Assembly: GCF_963921235.1 (NCBI RefSeq)
Contig: NC_086129.1
Coordinates: 25,668,001-25,732,000 of the forward strand
DNA from: Mobula hypostoma
Taxonomy: Eukaryota
Direction of reading: 5' to 3'
DNA length: 64,000 nt
Part shown: in pieces, positions 24,590-36,664 of the stretch
How positions within the stretch are numbered: the stretch's first letter is position 1
How the letters are laid out: the number at the start of each line of letters is the position of its first letter
Translations under genes and position numbers: made by a program
Notes under the pieces: model-generated
Seen by the model: the letters and a program-made list of their open reading frames with translations, nothing else
What the model was told of the DNA's origin: nothing
Database searches by the model: none

Positions 24590-25158
24590 TGTTGTAGTGT
24601 GGATTAAATCAGCGGAGAGATAGAGTCACTGGTAGATACAAAGCAGCTTCTTTATTTGACACAACAAGTTACAGCAGGCATCATACGGACGGAGACGCTT
24701 TCGGTGGAAAGGTCTGTTAGCCCAATGTGGGCTCGATACTTATATGCTAAACACAAAAGGCAATCGCTACTTACAAAGTTATAGACCATGCTTCCTTTTG
24801 AAGCTACATCCAAAACATCACACCTTCTGACTTCATCCTTTCCTCCTGATGCCCGTATGTCTGGGTTGATACTCACAGCCTTTAGGAGTGCAAGTCAAAT
24901 CCACAATACATTTATTTGGTATTTTACGTGCTAACATAGAGGACAATTCATATTTATGAAGTATAGATAATACTGTCTTCGAAACTACCTGTAAACTTCA
25001 CACTTCCATCCGCAGCGTCTGGCTAGTATCCCGATATTCACAGCTTTTAGGAAATGCATTGTTGTGAACTCAATCCACGGTACTTTGTCAAACAGAAGGC
25101 TGGTGGCCAGAGTCATTTAAGTGTAAATGAATCATCTACCCAAAAACTCACTCTAACA
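24590..25158 (-). mobile_element. 5' LTR (569 bp) of a truncated LTR retroelement / endogenous retrovirus
   Basis: Minus strand TGTT...AACA termini, TATAA at 24744-24740, AATAAA at 24656-24651, with a PBS 2 nt downstream. Confidence 0.85.
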
Positions 25159-26149
25159 GTGCAGTGAGTCAAATTGGCTAGAGCCTGATTTCTATGATAG
25201 TAGGGATCTCAGGCTAAAGCTTGGGTAGGTCATCTACTAGTTTCGTGAACATGTCCGATAATTTGTCTTTTGATTTGAAGAGAAGATAAAAAAAATACAA
25301 ATTTTACTTGCTGCTCTTGGGTGCCATCTACATTACGATGTGAATCCCACTGCCATAATGCAATGCCTGTCAAAATTGCTATAGAAAAGCAAGTTGTTGC
25401 TGTTATCAATTCAGTAAACTGTCTCAAATGAGATAAAATACCACTCTGAGAGTATGGATGCTTACAGACACTGGGGCACAAAAGTACCAGAATAGGAATG
25501 TGTTTTAAATTTTCTTCAAATGGAATCATCATGTCCCTAGTCCTCAAGTGGCTGAATGTAACTTTTATTGAAACAGTGTGACTTAGTGGAGATTAAATCT
25601 TTAACACTGCTTCCACAGTGTAGCTGTTACAGCTTTGCATGACTGCACATCCCACCCTGTCCCTGTATCAGATCCCTAACAGTATTGCTCTTTAAATGTC
25701 ATTTGGAAATTGCACAAAATTAGAAGCATAGATCCAGCTGTACCCAAGGAGACTAGGGATGGCATTGGGACGCCTGGTGTAGGAGGGTGGAGGTTGGTGC
25801 GTCACTAAGAGTTGATACCAAAGTCAGGCAACAGAAGTTAAGGTCAGAATTTGCAGCAACTGTAACATCTGTTGCTGCTCTGACTGGGGGGGGGGGGGGA
25901 GAGAAAGAAAATCTGGACATACTTCAATGCAGAGAGTAAACAAGAAGCTGATTGCAGTAAACATGTAGGGTTTGCAGACTATAAACAAACCCCATCTGTT
26001 AATGGTCACCACCCAGTCTGCATCCCTTGGTTCTGGCCAGAAATGTAACCATTGACGAGACGAACTGGTCATAAGGGGACTTTAGGAAATATTCCTGGAT
26101 CAAAAGTGGGTTCTTTTCACAGTCGATGATGTTTATGGGTCTCACAGAG

Positions 26150-26480
26150 TCACCGAGAGCTACAGCAAGGAAATAGGACCTTTGATCAACTGAGTCTGCA
26201 CCAGTTATTAAGTACCTATTTTTACCGTGCTACCCAAACCCATTTTCTTTTCCTCACATTTCCTTTAATCCAAACTTCTCCCATTGGATTCTGCCATTAA
26301 ATTTACAGAGGCCATTAACGTACAAGTCTGCACATTTTTTAGGAAGTGGGAGGAAATCGGAGAAATCCCATGCATTTGTAGAGAGAATGTGCAAACTCCA
26401 CACAAACGGCACTGGAGGTGTAAACTGAACCTGAATCACTGGATCAGAGAAAACATCTCCACTAGCTGTGGCAGTGTGCC
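26150..26480 (-). mobile_element. V-SINE-like element
   Basis: gtgggaggaaatcggagaaatcccatgc...gagaatgtgcaaactccacaca, a reverse V-domain. Confidence 0.65.
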
Positions 26481-27139
26481 ACCCAGCTACAGTTCTGTTT
26501 CATAATGAGTGGCACCATGCATGTTACTGACTTAAACTGAGTCTGTCAGCAGTGAGACTGGCGATAACCAAAGAGTGGGTAGGCATCAGTGGTATCACTG
26601 GAGGAAAGAGCTCTCCTGCTATTAATTTGATGAAATCATTAATAATTTTGCATTTATATGAAGCACTGTTCTGTTGCTTTATACTCATCACTGTATTTAT
26701 TGTGTGTCTATTATCACATGTATACTGTTGACTCCGTGAGCAATGAACTTCATTGCATCCTCACCCTGGTGTCTGTAACGATAAACTAATCAAAATATGA
26801 GACGTGCTATCAGATATTTTAAGTTCAATGCTGGTTGAGAAATAAGTGCTAGCCAGGACAGCGCTCCTTTTAAAACTAATTTAGATTATTTTACATCCTT
26901 TTGACAGAAGTTGCTTTGGTTTAATGCCCTTTCCCAAAAACAGCAATGCAGCATCTACTCAGGAGTGTAAGGCTGTCGTCCCAAATCCCCAACAACACCT
27001 TCAGCCTAATCTTAAATTTCCAGAAAGGAATGTGAACTCAATTGAATTTTGCTCCTTTACTTAAAATGGGTGTTGCTTTTATTCCTTATGAGGATTGTAA
27101 ACTGCTGAAATTTAACTTTTAAAGAAATAGTAACTCTTA

Positions 27140-27950
27140 AAGAGTTAGTTGTATAAGACGTTGGTGAGGCCTAATTTGAAGTTTTGTGAACGGCAGTTCT
27201 GGTCACCTACCTACAGGAAAAGATATCAGTAAGATTTGAAAAAGTTCAGAGAAAATTTATAATGATTTTGCTAGGACTTGAGGACCTGAGTTATTGGGAA
27301 AGGTTGAATAGATTAGGACTTTATTCTCTGGAGTGTAGGAGAATGAGGGGAGATTTGATCAAGGTATATAAAATTGTGAGTGGTATAGACAGGGTAAATG
27401 CAAGCAGACTTTCTCCACTAAACTAGAAGTCATGTGTTAAGGGTGAAAGGTGAAATATTTAAGGGGAACTTAAATATAAATCTGGCTGCTCAGGGGATTT
27501 AGGGATTTGGGTCTATGGACTCATTTTGGTTCAAAATACTGGTACTTACTTCTATAGTTTACATGGTTTATGTTTTTTCCTCTATATCTGCGCATTGGGT
27601 GTTGGGCTTACTTTTTTAAAATTGGGTTATTTCGGGTTTCTTGCCTTGTAGCTGCATGTAGTAAGCAAACAAATGTCAAGGTTGCATAATTTATACATTC
27701 TTTGATAGCAAGTGTACTTTGAATCCTTTCACTCAGAGGGTGGTGCGAGTGTGAAATGAGCTACCAGTGGAAGTGGCGGATTCAGCTTCCATTTCAACAT
27801 CTAAGAGAAATTTGGATGGATGGGAGGGGTATGGAGGGCTATGGCCTGGGTGCAGGTCGATGGGACGGGGCAGATTAATATTTCAGCATGGAACTGATGG
27901 GCCAAAGGGCCTGTTTCTGTACAGTAATGCTTTATGACTCTCTGACTCTA
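27140..27950 (+). mobile_element. CR1 LINE 3' part with a nested LINE-tail element at about 27471-27725
   Basis: LYKTLVRPNL and RMRGDLIKVYKI motifs. Interrupted after aggggaactt and resumes at ttcactcagagggtggtg. Confidence 0.8.
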
Positions 27951-28451
27951 TTAGGGTGGCCTGATCCTCCTCCATCAGAATACCGTCTGTGTGCAACAAC
28001 ATGCACAGATTGTGGCAAGCATGTCATTCCTGCAGCTGAGTGAATGCTTTAAGGCACACTCCCAATGGTATCATAGTGACAAGGCGATAGACTGCCATGG
28101 AGATGAAAGTTGGGGAAGAACATACATCTACAGTATTCACGGCAAGAACCCTGCCACTCTCCCCACCCTCAGATGTGCCACATCTTGAGCAATGTCAGAC
28201 ACATTGGATTATGGGCTGAAGGACCAATCTCTAAAGCTAACAGCCAACTCAGACAGCCACTGAAGAAGATCAGTCTTCATCTGCAATGCATAGTGGGAGC
28301 ACACTGCAGTCATATCACAATGGAGACACCTTAATTCACATAATGATTGGTGACTTGGTCTGTGATTGTCTCAGTATTAGACAGTATGGGCAAAACACAA
28401 GCTGTTACAGATTTTTTCACCAATTTCTGCTATTAATGTGGAAAGCAGCAT

Positions 28452-28520
28452 CCTCTTTTTTATGCCATGGACCAATATCATTAAGCAAGGTATCCGTGGA
28501 CCCCAGGTTGGGAACTCCTG
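28452..28520. mobile_element. Small hAT MITE remnant
   Basis: tttttatgccatggacc...gtggaccccaggttgggaactcctg; related copy at about 3456-3514. Confidence 0.55.
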
Positions 28521-29277
28521 GTCTATGTAAATGAAATGGGCTAAAGTAAATCCCTTCCAGAGATGTGTGGCCAAATTTCAGAAAGGAGGGTCTTCAATCA
28601 GAAATGGGCATAATCACAATAAAATGTGCAAAAAAATGATTTTTGTGTGCATTTTATGCATAAAATCGTTCTCAAATGGGTCTACTGTCTTGGCTCACTG
28701 TTCTAATTCAGTAATGGGAACTTTGCCATTGAACTAAGACTGACACAGCAGGAAGATCTCAGCTTTTTGCTGTGTTTCAATTTCATCTGGCTGCTAGCAT
28801 TACTAGAATCGCTGAGAGTGACCCCAGGTCAGAAGAAAGGGAGAAAAATCTGTTCCTATTGCAGTCTCATAGCCGCTGCTGAACCATGCCCACGTGCACA
28901 GGTTAGGTGAAGGGGTGTTGGGCTCAGCTGGGGCTTCTTCCACTGTCACCAGCTGCCAGCGCTGAGGACAGAAAGCTGAGGGGCCTGGGAAAAAGACTGG
29001 AGGCCAATCACACTTAGCCATGATTCAGTAAACAAGGTGGCCACTCTTAGTGTGAGGCTCAGCAACAAAAACTAGGCACAATTCTGTCCTACATAGGCGC
29101 ATCAATGAAAGAAAAATGAGGGCTATTTAGGAGGGAAGTGTTTAGATTGATCATGGAGTGGGTTAAAAGATTGGTACAACATCATGGGCCGAAAGACCTG
29201 TTCTGTGCTGTACTATGTTCTATGTACAATGTTCTAAATCAGTCAGAGAAGAACTAATATTCATTTAGGTGATCAGG

Positions 29278-29845
29278 ATCAGGAGATTTGGTATGTCACC
29301 TACAACACTCACAAACTTCTGCAGATGTAAGTGGAAAGCATTCTCGCTGGTTGCATCACCATCCGGTATGGGGGGGGGGGCGGGGGAGGGGGCTACCGCA
29401 CAGGATCAAAGTAAGCTGCAGAGAGTTGTAAACTTAGGCCATCTCCATCTTCGACACTAGCCTCCATAGTATCCAGAATATCTTCAAGGAGCGGTGCCTC
29501 AGAGAGGCGGCATCCATCACTAAGGACCCCCATCACCCAGGACATGCCCTCTTCTCATTGCTACCATCAGGAAGGAGGTAGAGGAGCCTGAAGGCACACA
29601 CTCAGTGATTCAGGAACTGCTTCTTACTCTCTACTATCCAATTCCAAAATGAATATTGAACCTTTGAAAACTACCTCACTACATTTTTTTATTTCCATTT
29701 TTTGCACTACTTACTTAACTATTTAATATCTATGTACTTACTGTAATTCAGTTTTTTCTCTCAATTATTATGTACTTTATTCTACTGCTGCAGCAAAGTT
29801 AACAAATTTCACGACGTATGCTGATGATATTAAACCTGATTCTGA
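29278..29845 (+). mobile_element. Rex1/Babar-type LINE 3' fragment
   Basis: RRFGMSPTTLTNF...KLQRVVN, SLLPSGRRxRSL and attaaacctgattctga tail. Confidence 0.85.
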
Positions 29846-30719
29846 GGTAGCTTTAACAGTACAGGCGGGAGGGGGGAACTTGGTTGGTTTTGACCTGAGA
29901 AGCATTTCGCCTTGGCTAGAGTCTGAAAGAATGAGATAAAGATGCTGGAAGTATTTTGATAGTTCTGCTTCTGCTGTGGAACAATACACATTAAATATCT
30001 TTGCACAGACTGGTGATCCTATTGTGAACAGTCACTCTGTGTGTAATGAAAACGGGAGCTGTCAACAGTTAAATAACTGCAAGCAGCAATTAATTGTTCA
30101 TTACAAAGAATTACAGATAGTAGCCTGAGTGTGGTGTCGAGGAAACATTCACTCCTGTCTGATTAATCTGAACGAGAGAGGCATCTGACAGGGTTTACCC
30201 AACTTGACAGGCAAATATGATTTTAATTTTTAATGGCCTAATGTCACTGTAATGTTGTTTCCTGTCAGTGTTATACAATGAACACTGAATGAATAATTAG
30301 CAAAAGTTTCTTTCCTGAAGAGGCAGACAGCATAAATGTGGAGCCGCAGGTGATTAACGATGCAGCCGTTCCGTTTTGTTTGCTGTTTCCTGGGATGGTT
30401 GATTCGGATGAAACCCAAATTGGATTAATGATGTCTGATCCTGATGTGATCTCATCAAATTAATAAGGCTTTCCAGATGGAACATAACCCATAGGTGACG
30501 ATCAGTCTGAGACGAACACATATAGCCTACAGGCAAATTCTACTAAAAAAGACTCCTGACTATTACGATTTATATGGGAGTAATACTTAGAGCTGTCAAC
30601 ACTGGCTAATCCAAGGTGTGAGAATTACTATCATGAATGGACTGCAGACCAGAAGTATGAAAAATGGTTGAAAATGACAAGTGGGCACCAAAAAATGGGC
30701 CCCCTGCCTTTTCTCCTGA

Positions 30720-31355
30720 ATGCAATGTTGGCATTCATTTCACGGGGACTAGAATATAAAAGCAAGGATGTAACATTGAGACTTTATAGGTTGTTGGTCA
30801 GATCGCACTTGAAGTATTGTGAGCAGTTTTGAACCCCTTATCTAAGAAAGGATGTGCGGGCATTGGAGAGGTTCCAGAGGAGGTTCATGAGAATGATCCC
30901 GGGAAAGAAAGGGTTAACTTATGAGGAGCCTTTGATGGCTCTGGACTTGCACTCGCTGGAGTTTAGAAGAACGAGGAGGGATCTCATTGAAACCTACTGA
31001 ATAATGAAAGGCTGAGATAAAGTGGATGTGCAGAGGGTATTTCCAGTAGTGAGAGAGTCTGGGGCGAGAGGGCACAGCCTCAGAATAGAAAGACGTCCCT
31101 TTAGAACAGAGATGAGGAGGGATTTCTTTCACCAAAGGATACTGAATCTGTGGAATTCAATGCCACAAGTAGCTGCGGAGGCCAAGCCATTGGTATATTT
31201 AAAGTGAAGATTGATAGGTTCTTAATTAGTAAGGTGTCAAAGGTTACGGGGAGAAGGCAGGAGAATGGGGTTGCGAGGGAAATCAAATCAGCCATGATCG
31301 AATGGCAGAGCAGACTCAATGGGCTGAATGGCCTAATTCTGCTCCTATAGTCTTA
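30720..31355 (+). mobile_element. CR1 LINE 3' fragment
   Basis: MLAFISRGLEYK...VFPVVRESGARGHSLRIERRPFRTEMRRDFF. Confidence 0.88.
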
Positions 31356-31392
31356 AGTACACTTTGAAAACAAAAGTTTCATCGTTGTTTCA

Positions 31393-31838
31393 CTATAGTC
31401 ATAGTCATACTTTATTGATCCCAGGGGGAAATTGGTTTTCGTTACAGTTGCACCATAAATAATAAATAGTAATAGAACCATAAATAGTTAAATAGTAATA
31501 TGTAAATTATGCCAGTAAATTATGAAATAAGTCCAGGACCAGCCTATTGGCTCAGGGTGTCTGACCCTCCAAGGGAGGAGTTGTAAAGTTTGATGGCCAC
31601 AGGCAGGAATGACTTCCTATGACGCTCAGTACTGTATCTCGGTGGAATGAGTCTCTGGCTGAATGTACTCCTGTGCCCACCCAGTACATTATGTAGTGGA
31701 TGGGAGACATTGACCAAGATGGCATGCAACTTAGACAGCATCCTCTTTTCAGACACCACCGTCAGAGAGTCCAGTTCCATCCCCATAACATCACTGGCCT
31801 TTCGAATAAGTTTGTTGATTCTGTTGGTGTCTGCCACC
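31393..31838 (-). mobile_element. Young Rex1/Babar LINE 3' end with (gactat)n tail
   Basis: Intact C-terminal frame NRINKLIRKA...SHPLH...TERHRKSFLPVAIKLYNSS, then AATAAA and the tandem tail. Confidence 0.88.
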
Positions 31839-32344
31839 CACTGTCACTGTAGTAAATACAACATCTAAACCCTCAACAAAGCAAAGTGACAGGACAGCAC
31901 TCCCTCATTACTGCACTGGAGTCTCCGCTCAGATTTCCTAACGTGGAAGCTGAGCCAACAGAATGCTGCCTAAGGCCATGGCTGATACAGTCCCATTAAA
32001 GATGGCTCACAGCTGCTGGGACGCGCACAGGGCCGAAAGAAAACCACCCTATGCTTGTGTTGTTTCTCAATTTATGACAGGGTTGTGTTTCTGGGGGGAA
32101 AAAAAACTCTTGTTAAATCAAAAGGCCGGGTGAATTTTTTTTTGGTATTACGGTACTGCATTTTCCTAAAGGTGGAGGATTGCATGAAATTCATTACGGT
32201 GAAAAATGGATTTGCAAATAAAAAAAAATCTATTCCAAATACTGAATGGCTTGATAGCAAAAATTTGTAAGTCAAATAACTGTAAACCAAGAAATATCTA
32301 TATCTCACTTGTGTGCATTATTGAACAGGGAACTGAACTCAGAG

Positions 32345-32810
32345 ACTTTAAGCAATGAGGCACAGAGGCTCTTTAGCCCACCAAGTCCATAATAGCGATC
32401 AACCTCCCATTTATTTTTATTGAGATACAGTGTGGAGTCGGCCCTTCCAGCTATGCTGCACAGCAGCATACCAATTTAATCCTAGCCTAATCATGCGACA
32501 TTTTACAATGACCAATTAACCTACCAAGCAGTCTGTCTTTGGACTGCGGGAGGAAACCGGAGCACCCGGACAAAACGCACACGGTCATGGGACGAGCGCA
32601 CAAACTCCTCACCCTACATTCCCACCAAATCCCCGAGGTGATTCTGCCCCTCATCTAGACACCTGCGGCAATTTACATTCCAGCTCGCACACCTTCGGGA
32701 TGAGGGAAGGCACCAGAGCGCCTGGAGGCAGCACGCAACATCTCCACATATGCAGTGCCCTTGAACCTGGGACTCTGGAGCTGCAAGGCAGCAGCTCAGC
32801 TAACCGCAGC
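32345..32810 (-). mobile_element. V-SINE elements, apparently one nested in another
   Basis: gggaggaaaccggagcacccgga at about 32548-32570 is a near-consensus reverse V-domain. A second degenerate head lies at about 32690-32805. Confidence 0.7.
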
Positions 32811-34114
32811 TCACGAAACATTATGACAATGGAAATGCACTTTGCTTGCTGCTTGAACCTCTGTGACAATAGTGTCCATAGCAGTAAACTTGACAAGCGC
32901 AAAATTAAATAAGAAACACTTAAACTGGGTAGGGAAGACTGAACCAGGAATGTTCATATTTGTTTCTACACACTTAACGCTAATAGCTGCTCGTGGTATT
33001 GTGAGCGGATAATCCTCTGTTTTCACAATGGTAATGGCTAACAGGTGGTAGGTTAAAAGATAAACCACCATCTGTAAGAAAGGAAGTGTGCCGTCTCACA
33101 CAGCTGGATCAGAGTATGTCAATTCCATGGCTTCGCTGACAAATAAGCATCTCATTACAATCCAGATTATTGCCGGTACTTTCATGGTTATACTTTTGTG
33201 ACTCAGAGTCAGGAGTGATGGTGACACACTCAAATTAAAAAGTGCTCTTTTGGTGATTCCCACAACACATTGGTTGAATCCAAAAAAACTTATAATCTTC
33301 CATCGTCTCTTCTGCCTCCAATATCCAAATAGCAGATGGAATTTATTTCCTTTTAATTTGCTAGGACCTGCCCAGGGGTCACATGGAGAGATATGATCTT
33401 GGTGGGCCCTGCTTGATGCTTCAGTATTTCATGATGCTCACGAGGCTTAATAGAATGCCATGGTATGACAATTGAAACAGAAGCTGACGTCATCTTGGCT
33501 CTCCATTTCCAGGCTTATTCAATCATTAAATTGGATTCTAACCTCCTGGTGGGGCATTTTGGCCTCAAGTGAACATTTTTATTCAATAGTTCGATGTAAT
33601 TCGACCTCCATTCCAACTTTGATTCTATCCTTGCCTCCATTCGAACAGTTCTCATTATGCATTCGACTAGAATGAGAAGGTCCTGGTTGACATCGTTCCA
33701 TCCATAACAAATCATTTTGATTATAGTGAGATCTTAACTCTAATGCCAACATCCAATGGTGCTTCTAGCTCAGTAGTAAAGTCCAACAACATTTTTAAGG
33801 TGCTGGCCATTCTGTCAACAACTCGTCGGTAGTTAATGTCTTTAACCTTTTGAAATGATCCAAATAGCTACTAAAAAGCAAAACTGAGCCATACAGAGTA
33901 GTAACCAAATGCCTCAAAAGTGACTAAAAAGGCAGGTAAGTTTAGGGAGACCTTAGGGCCTGGTAGATTAAGACATGGTCATCAGTGGTAGGATAAGGAA
34001 ATCATACTCACAAAAAGCTGAAGTGGAGGTTTGTAGAGATGTCAGAATACTACAGGAAGGAGGAAATTATAGAGATAAGGAGTGACATAGCATAAGAGGA
34101 ACTTGAAGACAAAT

Positions 34115-34450
34115 TAGAGGCACAGTGGCAAACTGGTAGAGCTGCTACCTTGGAGCTCCTAGGGCTGGGCTCAATCTTAATCCCAGATCCTGTTGTGTGT
34201 ATTCTGCCTGTTCTCACAATGACAACATGTGTTTTCCCAGGATGAACCAGTTTCTTCTCACATCTCACAGACCTGTAGGCTTGTTCGCAAGTTAAATTGG
34301 GCACTCTGAATTCCGTTCGTGCTTAGGTAAATTATAGAATATGGTGTGGGGGGGGGGGGGAAATAGCGTCAGTGCAGGATTTGTGTAAATGGTGGCCATC
34401 ACAGATCCGATAGACCAAAGACCCTCTTCTCATGCTTTATGATTCAAGGA
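34115..34450 (+). mobile_element. V-SINE/HE1-like element
   Basis: tRNA-like head ggcacagtggc...gggctcaatc, degenerate V-domain and CR1-like tail. Confidence 0.6.
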
Positions 34451-35429
34451 TGGAATTTTAAACTGCTGGATGGGAAGCCAATGTAGGTTAGTGGGTCCAC
34501 AAAAGATGGACAAACAGATCATACATAAACCACCTCTCAGTTCAAGTACTAGTCAACATCACAGCATATCACATTGACAGCTCCATGTTGAGAACAAGCT
34601 CAACAATCCCTTGTCCTTCATTAATAATCAGAACTGGGTACCTATGACCACCAACAAGAACAGGTGTGGTAAGCAAAGAGCCTTATTTTCCCTATAACTG
34701 CACAGTCTCAGACAATGCTTCATTGCCATCTGATGCTCTTTTTAATAAAGTGATGCAGGAAAGTAACACAGCAACCTGAGTGGACTATGGACATCACAAG
34801 CCCATAAATAAGAAATGATGGATATACAAAGACATCTAAAAATGATTAACTTCAAGTCAGCATAAAATCAGTGCCATTCGGTTCATTTTACTTTTATGCT
34901 CAGTGCTAAAATGCATTTGCCTGACTGTGCAAGGGGACTTAAATCAGGACTGTGGCCATAACTATTAAGGAGAACACTTGGAACCATTTCTATTTGCTCT
35001 GAAATAATGCTGATGGGCCTCCTCCTCCTGAGGAAAATGTTCTACAAAATGGGCGTTAGACAAAGGAATTCTAGGAAACTGATTAGTATCACTGGAGAAA
35101 TGAGTATTTATTTTTTCAGTTTAATTAGGATCTGGGCCTCACTGGTGAGGCCAATGTTTATTGTCCATTCCTAAGTGCCCCTTAGTAGCAAACGATGAGC
35201 TCCCTTCTTGCAACTGCTGCAGTCAGTCCTTCTGGTGAAGATGGTCAACCAGGATAGGGATACACAGTCTCTGATTGACTATTGCAGCTACGGTACTTAG
35301 GTGGCTATCCAGTTGAGTTCTGGTCAACGGTAATCTCAGGATATTGATGGTGAGGGCTCTTGGCATGGTAATGACATTGAATGTCAGGGGTAAGTAGTTC
35401 GACTTACTCTTGCAATGAATGATCACTGC

Positions 35430-36362
35430 TTGTTTGCTCCGCAGTTGCTCCCTCTGCAACTGGATCCTTGACTTCCTCAAAGGGAGACCACAGACAGTGC
35501 CGACTCACGGCTGTGTGGCAAGGCACAACCCAAATGCTATAAATTTGCTGATGACACAACAGTTGGCAGAATCTCAGATGGAGACGAGGAGGCGTACAGG
35601 AGTAAGATATGTCGGCAGGTTGAATGGTGTCACAACAATCAACTTGCACTCAATGTCAATTGATTGTGAACTTCAGGAAGGGGAAATTGGGAGAACACTT
35701 AGCAGTCCCCATCCAGTGATCAGCAGTGGAAAGGGTGAGCAGCTTCAAGTTCTTGGTTGACAACACCTCTGAGGATCTATCTTGGGCCCAACATATTGAT
35801 ACAATTATGAAGAACGCATGTCAGCGGCTACATTTCATTAGGAGTTTGAGGGAATTCGGTATGTCATCAAAGATTTTAGCAAATTTCTACAGATATACCA
35901 TGGAGAACATTCTAACTGATTGCATCACTGTCTGGTATGGAGGTGCCACTGCACAGGACTGGAGAAAGCTGCTAAAAGTTGTAAACTCAGCCAGCTCTAT
36001 CAAGGGCACTAGCCTCCACGTCACTGAGGACATCTTGAAAAGGCAGAATTTATCATTGAGGACACTGGCCATGCAGGTCATGCCTTCTTCTCATTACTAC
36101 CATCAGGGAGGAGGTACAGGAGCCTGAAGGCACACACTCGATGTTTTAGGAAAAGCTTCTTCCCACCGCCATCGGATTTCTGAATGATCCATGAATCCAT
36201 GAACACCATCTCACTATTTTGCTCTCTCTATACATTGGTTATTTATTTGTTATATATTCTTATTGTAATTTATAGTAATTATATATTATACTGTATTGCT
36301 GCAAAACAGCAGATTGTATGACATATGTCAGTGATAAATAAACCTGATTCTAATTCTAATTC
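35430..36362 (+). mobile_element. Rex1/Babar-type LINE RT to 3' end, degraded
   Basis: LCNWILDFL, KFADDTTV, ERVSSFKFL...QRLHFIRSLREFGMS, and aataaacctgattctaattct tail. Confidence 0.88.
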
Positions 36363-36603
36363 TGCTCCTCCTGTGGCAAGTCCTATTTGCCACTTAACTG
36401 CCCGTGTCTGGTGGTGTTTGTGTCTTGCTGCATGCTGACATCATCTCGAAAAGCCACTGTTTACGTCATCCGCTGATTTCAGCACCAGTACACCATTCAA
36501 CAAAGCTACTTTGCCCATGCTTCTGATGCATACCACTAAGGCAGATGAGGGTAGCATGGAGACGGGAGCAGTACACCTACAAGTATCCCTCCAAGTTGTG
36601 CAA

Positions 36604-36664
36604 TACTGTGCAAATGTCTTAAGCACCCTAGCCATATGTATGTGCCTAAGACTTTTGCACAGTA
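36604..36664. mobile_element. Mini Tc1-like palindromic MITE
   Basis: TA ctgtgcaaatgtcttaagcac ... gtgcctaagacttttgcacag TA. Confidence 0.65.

Noticed and set aside
25884-25899. Poly-G run as a functional G-quadruplex (also near 29369, 34347, 47417)
   Set aside because: Simple homopolymers, some inside repeats; nothing else supports a function.
36478-36498. Possible REST/RE1 site (TTCAGCACC)
   Set aside because: Only the left half matches; GGACAG is absent. The site near 26857 has only the right half.
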